The notes: generated from the sequence alone by a model not told the origin. Counted from the stretch's first letter, positions 20,190 to 31,279 are shown. The stretch is DNA of 52,070 nt from Pseudomonadota bacterium (GCA_040390085.1 JAZJZB010000074.1:1720-53789), one strand, 5' to 3'. A program made the numbers and translations.

Positions 20190-23177
20190 ATGGCAGTAGG
20201 TCGCGACGGCGCGTTTTTGAGTCTTGCTGCCGGTGTCTCGCTAATTGCACTGAGTGCGCCGCAGGCGGCGACCGCTCAAACCCAGCCGCCAGAAGACGAC
20301 ACGGTTGCTGCTGCCCACCCGCCAGAGCAAACGATCGTCATCACCGGTATCCGCGGCTCGCTCAAGCGGTCGATGGACATCAAGCGCAATGCACAGGGCG
20401 TCGTCGACGCCATCTCGGCCGAGGAAATCGGCAAGTTTCCCGACACCAATCTCGCCGAGTCGCTGCAGCGTATCACCGGCGTTTCGATCGACCGCTCAAA
20501 CGGTGAAGGATCGACGGTCACCGTCCGCGGCTTCGGCCCCGAGTTCAACCTCGTCCTGCTCAATGGCCGGCAGATGCCCGCGACGAGTCTCGGCGGATGC
20601 TGTTCCGCGCCGGCCTCACGCAGCTTCGACTTCGCCAACCTCGCGTCCGAGGGCGTTGCCGCAGTGGAAGTCTACAAGTCCGGGCGGGCCAGCCTGCCGA
20701 CCGGCGGCATCGGTTCTGCGATCAACATCATCACGCCGCGGCCGCTTAACCGCCCCGGCTTCCATGGCTCCATCTCGGCCAAGGGTGTCTACGACACGTC
20801 GCGATTCGAAGGCACTCCGATTACACCGGAAGTCTCGGGGATCATCAGCGACACCTTCGCCGACAACCGCATCGGGATCCTGGTTACCGGCTCATATCAG
20901 CGGCGCAAGGCCAGCATCGCACAATTCACCGGCGGATGGCGCGAAGGCTATCTCGGCTCCGAAAACAATTGGGAGTCGCTGGCACAGCCGGGAGACCCGC
21001 GATTCGCGAATATCACCAACCGCCCGGGTCCGAACGACATCTATCAGGTGCCGCAAAATGGCGGCTACGACTTCACCAACATCGATCGCGAGCGGATCAA
21101 TGGGCAACTCGTGCTGCAGGCGCGGCCGACAGACGCGCTGACGGCCACGATCGATTACACCTTTTCCCAGAACACGATCGACGCGCGCACCAACAGCATC
21201 GGCGTGTGGTTCAACGGCAATGACACCAGCAGCAGCTGGACCAACGGGCCGGCGGCAGGCCCCAACTTCTACACAGAGCGCTTCGGCCAAGGCGAGGGCA
21301 AGGATCTCGCGATCACCGGCGCGCTGGCAAAAAACCGCTCGATCAACAAGTCGCTGGGCGGCAACCTCGCATGGACGGGTCCCGCGGGCCTCCGTCTGGA
21401 ACTGGATGCGCACCATTCAACGGCGGTCAGCAAGCCGACGTCGCCTTACGGAAGCAACATCGCCGTGGGCACAGCGATTTACGGCGTTCAAAGCCAGACG
21501 ATTGACTTCACCAATGACATGCCGGTGATCTCCGTTTCGATGTATCCCGGTTCAGAGATAAGTGCGAGCAACATCCGTCCCGCCGGCAACGCTTTCCGCA
21601 ATGCTTACATGAAGGACCAGATCGACGAGGTCGCACTCAAGGGTGGTTTCGATTTCGGTTCGGCATTCATCAAGAGCCTGGATTTCGGCGCCAGACTGAC
21701 CGAGAACAAGGTTCGGTCGGCGTTCGGCAATATCCAGAATGATACGTGGGGCGGGACCTTGTCTGCGGCAGCAACGCCCGACAACCTGTTCAATCAGGTT
21801 AAACTACCGCCGGACCTTGGGAGCATGTCGGGGTCGCAGGATCCGTCGATTATCCCGACCTATTTCCAGATCGACACCAACGGTCTCATCCAGCTGCTCA
21901 ATTCAAGCATAGGAATTTGCTCGAAATCGACCGGGCCGGCAGGCAGTTGCCTTGCCGCTTACTCGGTCGACCGGCGGATCAAGGAACGGACGCTCGCTCC
22001 TTACGTCCAGACCACGCATGTGTTCAATCTGTTCACGCGCCCCGCAAACCTGCGGGTTGGGCTGCGCTATGAAAAGACCAAGGTGGCCTCGACCGCGCTA
22101 ACCGACATTCCATCGGGTACCCGCTTCACCGGCGGAAACGAGATCGGCATTCTCCCGAGCAACGGGCAATCCCAGTTCCTCACGTTCAAGGGCAAGTACG
22201 ATTTCTGGCTGCCGGCCGTCGACTTCGACGTGGAGCCGGTGCGCAACGTGAAGCTTCGCGCTTCGTACAGTCACACCATTACCCGCGCCGACTATGCCTC
22301 GCTCGCCGGCGGCCTGACTGTTAATTCGCCCGCGCGTCCGGATGGCGGCGGAACCGGCGGCAGCGGCAATCCCAACCTGCTGCCTTACCTGTCCAAGAAC
22401 ATCGATTTCTCGGCGGAGTGGTATTACGGCCCGTCCAGCTATCTCTCGGTTGGCTATTTCCGAAAGCGGGTGAGTAACTTCATCGGCAACACGACCAGCC
22501 AGGGGCCGGCGTTCGGCCTTACGAACCCGGCGAAGGGCGCCGCGTATAACGCGGCCGTCGCCGCGCTCGGGCCAAATGCTCCGTTCAGCGCCATTCTTGC
22601 CTATGTCCAAGCGAATTTCCCGGCCGCCTATTCACCGCCCAGCGGCGGCGACATCGGCGGAATCCTTGGGCTGCCCGGTGATCCTGCGCTGTCCTTTACC
22701 TTTACCCAGCCAGGAAACAGCGACCAGATTGCCCATCTGAACGGCTGGGAATTCGCCGTCCAGCATAGCTTCTGGGACACCGGCTTCGGCGCCATCCTGA
22801 ACTACACAATCGTCAACAGCGACACGAGCTACAACAACGCGCTGCGCTATACAGTCACGCAATTCGCGGTGACCGGCGTCAGCGACAGCGCCAACGCCGT
22901 GGTCTATTACGACAAGAACGGAATTCAGGCGCGCGTCGCATACAATTGGCGCCAAGGTTTCCTATCAGGGTACGGCTTCGATCCATTTTACGTCGAGCCC
23001 TATGGCCAGGTGGATGCCAGCGCGAGCTACGAGGTGCGCAAGGGCCTCACCGTGTTCGTCGACGGCATCAACATCCTCAATGCCGACCGCCGTGGCCGCA
23101 TGAGGAACAACAATACGGTGTTCTTCGCCCAGCCGGGATACGCCCGGTACTCAGGTGGCGTCCGCTTCACCTGGTAG
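20190..23177 (+). CDS. TonB-dependent receptor (carbohydrate-type)
   Basis: TonB box TIVITG, plug DAISAEEIGKFPDTNLAESLQRITGV, GNPNL.P, C-terminal aromatic RFTW. SD GGAGG. Confidence 0.95.
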   Translation: MAVGRDGAFLSLAAGVSLIALSAPQAATAQTQPPEDDTVAAAHPPEQTIVITGIRGSLKRSMDIKRNAQGVVDAISAEEIGKFPDTNLAESLQRITGVSIDRSNGEGSTVTVRGFGPEFNLVLLNGRQMPATSLGGCCSAPASRSFDFANLASEGVAAVEVYKSGRASLPTGGIGSAINIITPRPLNRPGFHGSISAKGVYDTSRFEGTPITPEVSGIISDTFADNRIGILVTGSYQRRKASIAQFTGGWREGYLGSENNWESLAQPGDPRFANITNRPGPNDIYQVPQNGGYDFTNIDRERINGQLVLQARPTDALTATIDYTFSQNTIDARTNSIGVWFNGNDTSSSWTNGPAAGPNFYTERFGQGEGKDLAITGALAKNRSINKSLGGNLAWTGPAGLRLELDAHHSTAVSKPTSPYGSNIAVGTAIYGVQSQTIDFTNDMPVISVSMYPGSEISASNIRPAGNAFRNAYMKDQIDEVALKGGFDFGSAFIKSLDFGARLTENKVRSAFGNIQNDTWGGTLSAAATPDNLFNQVKLPPDLGSMSGSQDPSIIPTYFQIDTNGLIQLLNSSIGICSKSTGPAGSCLAAYSVDRRIKERTLAPYVQTTHVFNLFTRPANLRVGLRYEKTKVASTALTDIPSGTRFTGGNEIGILPSNGQSQFLTFKGKYDFWLPAVDFDVEPVRNVKLRASYSHTITRADYASLAGGLTVNSPARPDGGGTGGSGNPNLLPYLSKNIDFSAEWYYGPSSYLSVGYFRKRVSNFIGNTTSQGPAFGLTNPAKGAAYNAAVAALGPNAPFSAILAYVQANFPAAYSPPSGGDIGGILGLPGDPALSFTFTQPGNSDQIAHLNGWEFAVQHSFWDTGFGAILNYTIVNSDTSYNNALRYTVTQFAVTGVSDSANAVVYYDKNGIQARVAYNWRQGFLSGYGFDPFYVEPYGQVDASASYEVRKGLTVFVDGINILNADRRGRMRNNNTVFFAQPGYARYSGGVRFTW

Positions 23178-23217
23178 CTGCTCCGTTGTGAGTAGCAATG
23201 AGGCGACTTCGTTCGAA

Positions 23218-23240
23218 CCGCCCCACCGTCTTCGGGGCGG
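23218..23240 (+). terminator. Stem-loop after the TBDR gene (stabiliser or weak terminator)
   Basis: CCGCCCC-N9-GGGGCGG with only a short T run. Confidence 0.45.
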
Positions 23241-23285
23241 CGCTTTACCTTGGGCGCGCGGCAATTTGGCACTAAACCGTCACGC

Positions 23286-24824
23286 ATGAGTCAGCCTATT
23301 TCACGTGTCGTGATCGCCGGAGGCGGGACTGCCGGATGGCTCGCCGCGGCGGTCCTCGCAGCATGGTCGCGCAAGTCGGCCCGTGAGCCATTGTCGATCA
23401 CGGTCGTCGAGTCTCCCGATATTCCAGCCATCGGCGTTGGCGAGGGAACATGGCCAACGCTACGGACCACGCTGGCCGCGATCGGCATCAACGAAGTGGA
23501 ATTCCTGAGCTCGTGCGACGGCTCGTTCAAGCAGGGTTCGCGGTTCGATGGTTGGCGGACCGGTGTTGCGGGCGATCGCTACTACCATCCATTCACGCCG
23601 CCGCCGCCAGCCGAGGCCGGTCACCTCTTGGCGGCGTGGCGCGACATGGCGCCGGATCTGCCCTTTGCCAGCGCGACTAGCCCACAGCCTGTGGTTTGCG
23701 AAGCGAACCTGGCGCCCAGGCAGCAAGCGATGCCGCCTTACACAGGTGCGCTCAATTATGCCTATCACCTGGACGCAGGGAAACTCGTGCAGCTGCTTCG
23801 GCGGCACGCGGTGGAGCGGCTTGGGGTGCGTCATGTTCCCGCTCTTATCCGGTCGGTGTTGCACGATGGGAACGATGGCATTGCCGCGCTCGACATCGAA
23901 GGCGGGCAAAAGGTCGAAGGCGACTTGTTCCTGGACTGCACCGGATTGAGCGCGCTGCTCATCCACGGACGTTGCGGGTCCGGATGGATCGACCAGTCGC
24001 GCTTTCTCGCCAACGATTGCGCCCTTGCTGCACAGGTTCCGGTCGATGCCGGCACCCCGATCGCATCGCAAACGATCGGCACCGCGCATGAGGCGGGTTG
24101 GCTGTGGGACATCGCGCTGCCCACACGCCGGGGCATTGGCTGCGTATATTCATCGAAGTTTCTCGACAGTGACCGGGCTCGAACGATCCTCGACGACTAT
24201 GTCGGGAAATGCCTGCCCGCGGCTCGAGGCTATTCGGTTCGCAAGATTGGGTTTCCAACCGGCCATAGAGAGCGCTTCTGGGTCGGTAACTGCCTGGCGC
24301 TTGGCCTCTCCGCGGGCTTCATCGAGCCGCTGGAGGCATCCGCGATTGTGCTGATCGAGCTGTCGCTTCGCGCATTGACCGATTCATTCCCCTCCACGCG
24401 TGAACGGATGCCGTTCCTGGCCGAGCGGTTCAACATACAGTTCTCGTCCCGCTGGGAGCGCATCGTCGAGTTCCTGAAGCTGCATTATGTCTTGAGCGAA
24501 CGGGACGAGCCCTATTGGCGCGCGCAGCGGGATCCCTCGACGATCCCGCCGCGACTGGCGGAGTTGCTCGAACTGTGGCGCGATCAGCCGCCATCGGCTG
24601 CGGATCTGCCCCTGGCGGACGAGATATTCCCGCCCGCGAGCTATCAATATGTTTATTACGGCATGGGAGGCGCAGTACCTCGGAAGCTTCCGCCCGCCCC
24701 GAACGACCTGCTTGCGAAGTTCGCGCGTTCGTCGCAGCGTACGCGGGCACTCGCCGCGGCACTGCCCACGAACAGAGCCTACCTCGATGGACTTGCCAGC
24801 CGTGAACAGGAAAACGCGGCGTGA
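23286..24824 (+). CDS. Tryptophan-halogenase-family flavoprotein 1
   Basis: GGGTAG, IGVGE, FKQG (PrnA K79 position), WLWDIA (variant of WxWxIP), FIEPLEAS. Confidence 0.92.
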   Translation: MSQPISRVVIAGGGTAGWLAAAVLAAWSRKSAREPLSITVVESPDIPAIGVGEGTWPTLRTTLAAIGINEVEFLSSCDGSFKQGSRFDGWRTGVAGDRYYHPFTPPPPAEAGHLLAAWRDMAPDLPFASATSPQPVVCEANLAPRQQAMPPYTGALNYAYHLDAGKLVQLLRRHAVERLGVRHVPALIRSVLHDGNDGIAALDIEGGQKVEGDLFLDCTGLSALLIHGRCGSGWIDQSRFLANDCALAAQVPVDAGTPIASQTIGTAHEAGWLWDIALPTRRGIGCVYSSKFLDSDRARTILDDYVGKCLPAARGYSVRKIGFPTGHRERFWVGNCLALGLSAGFIEPLEASAIVLIELSLRALTDSFPSTRERMPFLAERFNIQFSSRWERIVEFLKLHYVLSERDEPYWRAQRDPSTIPPRLAELLELWRDQPPSAADLPLADEIFPPASYQYVYYGMGGAVPRKLPPAPNDLLAKFARSSQRTRALAAALPTNRAYLDGLASREQENAA

Positions 24825-25540
24825 GCAATCACGCAATCGTGACCGCCGAAGAGCACCGCGACCTGCGCGTGAAGGTCAGTCATTCGGCCGCGCTTGGCGA
24901 CGCGGTGATGAGCTGCTTCACGATCCCCGACGAGTTTCGAAGGTTGCAGAACGAATATGTGATCCTGTTCCAACGGGACCCCGAATCGCGGAGCTTTGCC
25001 GCGGTTGCGTTGCTCGGTTTCGAACCCGGTGAAAACCTGTACCTGGACGGCTCTGAGTGGCTGGCCAGCTACAAGCCGCTGGCGCTGTCGATCCAGCCGT
25101 TCCTGCTTGGGCGACCGCGCGACGAGGCGGGGGATGCGCAGGTCCATATCGACCTCGATCACCCACGCGTTTCGACCGGCGGTGAAGGTGTCCGGGCGTT
25201 CGATGACGCGGGCCAACCATCACCGTATCTTGAGCAGATCGTCGCGATGCTTGAGGCCCTCGATCGGGGCTATCGATCCAGCCCGGATTTCTTCTCCGCG
25301 CTCGAGCGTCACGATCTTCTCGAGCCGTTCGCGCTCGACGTCGAGCTGATGAATGGCGCTCGGCACCGGATGGTAGGCTATCATCTGATCAACGAGGAAA
25401 AGCTGGCGTCGCTCGAAGGCAGCGCGCTCACCGAGCTCAACGCAGCGGGTCATCTGCTCCCGATCTACATGGCGGTGGCGTCGCTCGCCAACCTGAGCCG
25501 GCTGATCGAAAGCAAGCGCCGGCGGTCGGCCGATGGCTGA
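24821..25540 (+). CDS. SapC family protein
   Basis: [28 protein letters not shown]....QPF, LLEPF.LDV, INEEKL..L. GTGA coupling. Confidence 0.85.
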   Translation: MSNHAIVTAEEHRDLRVKVSHSAALGDAVMSCFTIPDEFRRLQNEYVILFQRDPESRSFAAVALLGFEPGENLYLDGSEWLASYKPLALSIQPFLLGRPRDEAGDAQVHIDLDHPRVSTGGEGVRAFDDAGQPSPYLEQIVAMLEALDRGYRSSPDFFSALERHDLLEPFALDVELMNGARHRMVGYHLINEEKLASLEGSALTELNAAGHLLPIYMAVASLANLSRLIESKRRRSADG

Positions 25541-26558
25541 CGCCGCCACCATCTTCGAGTCACTGCCGAGCGTCCCAGAAGAGGTGCTGCCCGCAAGCGA
25601 TTTGGACGCGCGCCTGGCGGAGGCGCGGCATCCTTTCGTGGTCCGGCGGATCGCTGACGACTGGCCGCTCGTTAAGGCCGGGCTGAAAAGCGCGGACGCT
25701 GCTCGCGATTATCTGAAAGCGCGAGGGCGCGACCGAAAGTTCACCGTGAATATCGGACAGCCAGGCGCCGGCGATCGGCTGTTCTACGACTGTGCGATGG
25801 GCATGAATTTTCGCATCGCCCAAGGCCCGTTGGCCGAAATCCTCGACGACATCGCCGCGAACGAAAACAAGTCGGATGCCCCGGTCATCTATCTCGCCTC
25901 GGTCGACCTCGGTGATTATTTCCACGGAGTGAGCGAGGAGAACCGGCTGCCGCTTGGCAACCGTCATCCTATCGAGAGCATCTGGATTGGCAGCCGTACC
26001 CGGGTAGCGGCGCATACCGACGTGCCGAATAACCTTGCGGTCTGCGCGGTAGGGCGGCGGCGATTCACCCTGTTTCCGCCGGAGCAATTTCGCAATCTTT
26101 ACCCGGGGCCCGTCGAGAACACGCCCGCCGGACGTCCCATCAGCATGGTGGATTTCCATCATCCGGACTTTGCCGCGCATCCCCGTTTTCGTGAGGCGCT
26201 GGCCCACGGCATGGTGGCAGAGCTCAACCCCGGCGACGCCATCTTCGTCCCTTCGCTATACTGGCATCATGTCGAAGGGCTTTCTCCCTTTAACATACTG
26301 GTCAATTACTGGTGGCGGGACCCGCCAGCCTATCTCGGCAAGCCGGAAGACGCGCTCAACCACGCGATACTGGCCATCCGCGACCTGCCGGAAGCCGACA
26401 GGAAAATATGGCGCGAGCTGTTCGAACATTACGTCTTCGAGAATTCAAAGGACGTGACCGCTCACATTCCTGAAAGTGGGCGCGGCATCCTCGCTCGACT
26501 GACTCCCGAAACCGCGGGGCAAATTCGTGCCTTCCTCCTGCGGAGCCTGTCGCGATGA
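25533..26558 (+). CDS. Cupin-like / JmjC-domain protein (Pass1-like)
   Basis: IWIG....AAHTD..NN and GDAIFVPSLYWHHVE, giving an HxD...H facial triad. Confidence 0.88.
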   Translation: MADAATIFESLPSVPEEVLPASDLDARLAEARHPFVVRRIADDWPLVKAGLKSADAARDYLKARGRDRKFTVNIGQPGAGDRLFYDCAMGMNFRIAQGPLAEILDDIAANENKSDAPVIYLASVDLGDYFHGVSEENRLPLGNRHPIESIWIGSRTRVAAHTDVPNNLAVCAVGRRRFTLFPPEQFRNLYPGPVENTPAGRPISMVDFHHPDFAAHPRFREALAHGMVAELNPGDAIFVPSLYWHHVEGLSPFNILVNYWWRDPPAYLGKPEDALNHAILAIRDLPEADRKIWRELFEHYVFENSKDVTAHIPESGRGILARLTPETAGQIRAFLLRSLSR

Positions 26559-28054
26559 GCGAATGGAAAATGCGCCGCATCGTCATCGCTGGTGGCGGTA
26601 CAGCCGGTTGGATGGCAGCGGCCGCGCTCGGCCGAACGCTGGGCCACATCGCGCAAATCACGCTGATCGAGTCAGACGCGATCGGCACCATCGGCGTCGG
26701 CGAAAGCACGATCCCGCCGATCGTCACCTTCAACAATCTTTTGGGGATCGACGAGGCGCGGTTCATGCGCGCCACGCAGGCGACCTTTAAGCTCGGCATC
26801 CGTTTCGACGATTGGAAGGCCGTCGGCCACAGCTACTTCCACAGCTTCGGGGCCGCTGGCAAAGATCACTGGTCCGCAGGATTTCAGCATTTCTGGCTGA
26901 ATGGCCTGACCCGCGGTCACGACGCGCCGCTGGACGATTATTGCATCGAGCTGAAGGCCGCGTTGGACGGCCGCTTCGCGCATCTGCCGGACAATGGTCT
27001 CAACTATGCCTACCAGCTGGACTCGACGCTGTACGCAAAATTTCTCCGCACGATGGCCGAGGGTGACGGCGTGCGCCGGCAGGAGGGCAAGATCGCGCAG
27101 GTTGAGCAGGATCCCGAAACCGGGTTCATCCGCTCACTGGCGCTCGAAAGCGGGCAGCGCATCGACGGCGACCTCTTTCTCGACTGCACGGGCTTCCGCG
27201 CCTTGTTGATCGAAGGCGCGCTCGGCGCCGGGTTCGAAAACTGGGACCATTGGCTGCCCTGCGACCGGGCGATTGCCGTGCAGACTCGATCGGTCGAACC
27301 CGCGGTCCCTTACACTTGCGCCATGGCGCATGATGCCGGTTGGCAATGGCGGATCCCGCTTCAACGCAGGACCGGCAATGGGATCGTATATTCCAGCCAC
27401 TATCTTGACGATGCGGCCGCCGAGGAGCGGCTGCTTGGCAATATCCGCGGCGAGGTCTTGACCAAGCCGAACCGGCTGAAATTCGTGACGGGCGCGCGTC
27501 GGCAGCAGTGGGCGAAGAATTGCATCGCCATTGGGCTTTCCGGCGGATTCATCGAGCCACTGGAATCGACCGCAATTCACCTCATCCAGCGGGCCGTGCT
27601 GCGACTGATCCGCATGCTCCCGATGAGTGAGATCAGTCAGCGTGATATCGATGAATTCAACGAGCAGCAGCTGACCGACATGGTTCAGATCCGCGACTTC
27701 ATCATCCTTCATTACAAAGCGACGGAACGGCGGGACAGCGACTTCTGGCGCTATGTTTCGGGGATGACGATCCCGGATGGGCTCGCGCAAAAAATGGAGC
27801 TGTTCCGCGAAACAGGCCGGGTGTTCCGCAAGAACGAGGAACTCTTCCAGGAAAACAGTTGGGTTCAGGTGATGCTCGGGCAAGGAATCGTCCCGCGCGC
27901 TCATCACCCGATTGCGAGCAAGCTGAGCGATGCCGAGCTTAGTAGCCTCCTGTCCGGGATCCGCGACAATGTTGCGCGAACGGTGCGGACGTTGCCCGCG
28001 CACCAGGACTATATTGGCCGCTATTGCGATGCCTCCGAGGCGGACGCCGCATGA
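26555..28054 (+). CDS. Tryptophan-halogenase-family flavoprotein 2
   Basis: GGGTAG, ATFKLGI, GWQWRIPL, FIEPLEST. Confidence 0.94.
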   Translation: MSEWKMRRIVIAGGGTAGWMAAAALGRTLGHIAQITLIESDAIGTIGVGESTIPPIVTFNNLLGIDEARFMRATQATFKLGIRFDDWKAVGHSYFHSFGAAGKDHWSAGFQHFWLNGLTRGHDAPLDDYCIELKAALDGRFAHLPDNGLNYAYQLDSTLYAKFLRTMAEGDGVRRQEGKIAQVEQDPETGFIRSLALESGQRIDGDLFLDCTGFRALLIEGALGAGFENWDHWLPCDRAIAVQTRSVEPAVPYTCAMAHDAGWQWRIPLQRRTGNGIVYSSHYLDDAAAEERLLGNIRGEVLTKPNRLKFVTGARRQQWAKNCIAIGLSGGFIEPLESTAIHLIQRAVLRLIRMLPMSEISQRDIDEFNEQQLTDMVQIRDFIILHYKATERRDSDFWRYVSGMTIPDGLAQKMELFRETGRVFRKNEELFQENSWVQVMLGQGIVPRAHHPIASKLSDAELSSLLSGIRDNVARTVRTLPAHQDYIGRYCDASEADAA

Positions 28055-28947
28055 TCGCAATCACGATGCTTGCGGCCATTGTTGGCGCCATTCCTTTGGA
28101 GCAGGGTGAAGACTGGCGGCTGGTGTGGAGCGACGAATTCGACGGTCGATCAATCGATCCTGGCAAGTGGAGCCTCGCGAGCGAATGCTGGGGCGGCGGC
28201 AATAACGAACGGCAATGCTACACCGATCGCAATGCCACTGTTCGGCATGGCGTGCTGACGATCACTGCTCGGCGTGAAACGACCACGGGGCCCGACCTGC
28301 CCGAAGCGCTGCGCAAGCCAGGCGAACGAGTTACGACCAGGACGCAGCCTTTTTCGTCTGCCAAGCTGACCACGGCGGGCAAAGGGCAATGGAAGTATGG
28401 GAAGTTCGAGATCCGTGCGCGATTGCCCAGGGGTCAGGGGACATGGCCGGCGATCTGGATGCTGGCGTCAGACTGGGCCTACGGACCGTGGGCGGCGTCG
28501 GGCGAAATCGATATTTTGGAGACCGTAAATCTCGGGGCACGATGCGCGGAATGTCCAGGCGGGAAAGACGATCGCGTCCTCGGCACGCTTCACTTCGGCG
28601 GCGTCAGCCCGCGCAACACGCATAAGGGCGATGAGCTGTTCTATCCGCCGATCCTCGATGGGAAATTCCACTCGTTCGGCCTGATCTGGGACCCGGACAA
28701 AATCGTGTGGACCGTCGACGGCAAGCCCTATGCGACGCGAACTGCAAACGAATGGTACACGGAAAATTCGAAGCGGCCGGGAGCTCCGTTTGACCAGCCG
28801 TTCTACCTGATCCTCAACCTCGCAGTGGGTGGCGGCTTGCCTGAGAGCAGGGACCTGAAGACAGTCGATCCAGCCGCGTTCCCGGCTCGGTTCGAGATCG
28901 ATTATGTGCGCGTGTGGGCGTTGGAGCATTCTGTGGCGGCCCGCTAG
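28051..28947 (+). CDS. Glycoside hydrolase family 16 (beta-1,3-glucanase/laminarinase-like)
   Basis: LVWSDEFDG, GNNERQCY, WPAIWML, catalytic EIDILE, PFDQPFYLILNLAVGG. Confidence 0.92.
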   Translation: MIAITMLAAIVGAIPLEQGEDWRLVWSDEFDGRSIDPGKWSLASECWGGGNNERQCYTDRNATVRHGVLTITARRETTTGPDLPEALRKPGERVTTRTQPFSSAKLTTAGKGQWKYGKFEIRARLPRGQGTWPAIWMLASDWAYGPWAASGEIDILETVNLGARCAECPGGKDDRVLGTLHFGGVSPRNTHKGDELFYPPILDGKFHSFGLIWDPDKIVWTVDGKPYATRTANEWYTENSKRPGAPFDQPFYLILNLAVGGGLPESRDLKTVDPAAFPARFEIDYVRVWALEHSVAAR

Positions 28948-28975
28948 CGGCTCGCAATCAGGGAGATATTGGGGG

Positions 28976-30031
28976 ATGGGGCGCCGGCGCCAGCAAGTGA
29001 CGATTCGCCACGTGGCAGCGGACGCGGGAGTGAGCCTGCAGACGGTCAGCCGCGTGATCAATCGCGAGCCCAATGTCAGGCCGGAGATGGAGCGCCTCGT
29101 CCGGGCGTCGATCGACAAGCTCGGCTACGTGCCGTCGATCGCCGCGCAACGGTTGAGCGGTTCGCGCTCCTATCTGATCGTCGCGCTCAACGACCGCGAC
29201 CGTACCATCGCCGACTGGCGCGAGCGGCAGGGTACCGACTGGGTCGACCAGATGCTTCTCGGTGGCATGCTGAAGGCCGCAGAGTTCGGCTATCGGATGA
29301 TGTTCGAACTGGTCGACACGCATGACGATCATATCGAGCGAGAATTGCGCGCGACCATCGCCGCGCTGCAGCCCGACGGCATTATCCTTACCCCGCCTCA
29401 CTCCGAAAATCCGCGAATCTGCAGCGTTCTCGAAGAAGCGGGCATTGCGTTCGTACGGATCGGGTCGATCGCGCCCGGACCCGGCATCGCGATGACGATG
29501 GACGACGAAAGGGCCGCCGCGCTCGCTACCCGGCACCTCGCTGAGCTTGGTCATCGCAGCATCGGTTTCATCGCCGGTTCGCGGACCTATGCGCTCAGCC
29601 AATGGCGGGTAGAGGGCTGGAAATCAGAGATGGGACTCCTTGGCCTCCCGACCGCAGGCCTCCTCGAAGAGGGAGACTTCAGTTACGAATCAGGCCTGAA
29701 GGCCGCGCGGCGCTTGCTCCAACGCCGGGCACCGGTGACCGCAATCGTCGCCAGCAATGATCGGATGGCCTTGGCCAGCATGGCCACCGCGCGCGAGCTT
29801 AGGCTGGAAGTCCCGCGCGATGTGTCGATCATCAGCTTCGACAATACGCCGATCGTGAACTTCAGTGAGCCGAGCCTCACCGCGGTCGACCAGCCGGTAG
29901 CGGCGACCGCTTCCAAAGCGATCGAACTGATCATCGGCCAGTTGCGTGGGGAAGAGCCGCCCCGCACGCCGATAGTGGTTGAGGCCGGCTTGGTGGTTCG
30001 ACATTCGACTGCGGCGCCACTTGGCATTTGA
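28976..30031 (+). CDS. LacI family transcriptional regulator
   Basis: TIRHVAADAGVSLQTVSRVIN HTH, LGYVP, SNDRMA, SIISFDN. Confidence 0.94.
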   Translation: MGRRRQQVTIRHVAADAGVSLQTVSRVINREPNVRPEMERLVRASIDKLGYVPSIAAQRLSGSRSYLIVALNDRDRTIADWRERQGTDWVDQMLLGGMLKAAEFGYRMMFELVDTHDDHIERELRATIAALQPDGIILTPPHSENPRICSVLEEAGIAFVRIGSIAPGPGIAMTMDDERAAALATRHLAELGHRSIGFIAGSRTYALSQWRVEGWKSEMGLLGLPTAGLLEEGDFSYESGLKAARRLLQRRAPVTAIVASNDRMALASMATARELRLEVPRDVSIISFDNTPIVNFSEPSLTAVDQPVAATASKAIELIIGQLRGEEPPRTPIVVEAGLVVRHSTAAPLGI

Positions 30032-31223
30032 TCGCCAGCCGGCGACGCGTCAGCCCGCAGCCTTCCTCTGGCTCTACGCTATCGCATGGGCGGGCGGCGC
30101 GGTCGCATACGTTCCATTTTTGACGATCCTGCTCCCGGCGCGCGTGGAAGTAATGACCGGCGATCCTGTGCGATGGCTCGCTTACATGACCTTCTTCGGA
30201 GCGATTGCGGCCAGCGTCGGCGGCATATTGTTCGGTTGGTTGAGCGACCGCACACGGACGCGCCGGCCGTGGATCGCGATGGGACTGATCGGCACCATCA
30301 TCCTGTTGCACTTGGTCCCACTGGCGACGCGCCCGTTACCGCTGCTTCTGCTGATCATTGTCTGGCAACTGGCGCTCAACATGATGCTGGCGCCCTTGGC
30401 CGCATGGGCCGCCGATCATGTGCCTTCAAGTCAGCTCGGCACCTTGGGCGGGCTGCTGGCATTCTCGCCCGCGCTCGGATCGTCCGCGGGAGCCTTGGTG
30501 ACCATTCGCGGACTGGCCTCGGCAGATGGGCGGCTGACCCTTGTCGCCATCCTGGTTGCGTCCTGCGTCCTTCCGGCGCTTCTCTCCGGTCAACCCGCAT
30601 CGACCGATCAGCGTCCCGGGACGGCTGGCAGCAAGGAGGTGCATGGAGAGCCGCCCTCACGCTCTGTTGCCGTGGCGATGTGGAGCGCCCGTTTCCTCGT
30701 TCAGATCTCCGAGGCGGCGCTGTTCGCCTATCTCTATTACTATTTCCGGGCATTGGATCCGTCGCGCGACGCCGCCTCCATTGCCCGCCTGTTTGGCCTG
30801 GTTATCGGCACCTCGGTCCCAGCTGCTCTGATCATCGGCCGATGGTCGGACCGCCATCGACGTCCAATCGCGCCTCTGGTGGTCGCCGCGACGCTGGGAG
30901 GCGGAGCGCTTATGGTGATGGCTTCCGCGCGCAATCCGGCCGAAGCGACGGCGGGCTATGTCCTGTTCGGCCTGGCAACGACTGTGTTCCTGTCGCTTCA
31001 TTCCGCGCAGACCTTCCGCGTTCTGCGGCGAAGTTCTCGTCGCGGGCGCGACCTCGGGATCTTCAACCTCACCAACACCGCGCCATCGCTGATCATGCCG
31101 TGGTTGACGGTGTCCATCGTGCCGTCATTTGGCTTCCAAGGGCTGTTTGCGCTGCTGTCCGCATTCTCCCTTACCGCGGCCGCAATTTTGATCGTCGTCA
31201 CACGAAAAATCCGCAGCGCTTGA
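30021..31223 (+). CDS. MFS transporter
   Basis: About 12 hydrophobic segments, GWLSDRTRTRRP, GRWSDR, GRDLGIFNL. The TTG start is inferred. Confidence 0.85.
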   Translation: MAFDRQPATRQPAAFLWLYAIAWAGGAVAYVPFLTILLPARVEVMTGDPVRWLAYMTFFGAIAASVGGILFGWLSDRTRTRRPWIAMGLIGTIILLHLVPLATRPLPLLLLIIVWQLALNMMLAPLAAWAADHVPSSQLGTLGGLLAFSPALGSSAGALVTIRGLASADGRLTLVAILVASCVLPALLSGQPASTDQRPGTAGSKEVHGEPPSRSVAVAMWSARFLVQISEAALFAYLYYYFRALDPSRDAASIARLFGLVIGTSVPAALIIGRWSDRHRRPIAPLVVAATLGGGALMVMASARNPAEATAGYVLFGLATTVFLSLHSAQTFRVLRRSSRRGRDLGIFNLTNTAPSLIMPWLTVSIVPSFGFQGLFALLSAFSLTAAAILIVVTRKIRSA

Positions 31224-31254
31224 TTGCTCGCAAAATTCGCGCAACAGTTAGAAT

Positions 31255-31268
31255 TGAGAACGTTAACA
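31255..31268 (+). promoter_or_regulatory. Second LacI-type operator, upstream of GH3
   Basis: TGAGAACGTTAACA shares the AACGTT core with the site at 20126. Confidence 0.65.
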
Positions 31269-31279
31269 TTAGAGGGGTA

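Noticed and set aside
23286-28054. Pyrrolnitrin or indolocarbazole-type biosynthetic cluster
   Set aside because: No prnBCD/rebOD-like genes, NRPS/PKS or flavin reductase; the context is carbohydrate uptake.
30086-31279. Apparent 1222-aa GH3 with a 400-aa N-terminal extension
   Set aside because: The extension overlaps the MFS gene in another frame and is Arg/Pro-rich noise. The SD, operator and signal peptide support a start at 31280.
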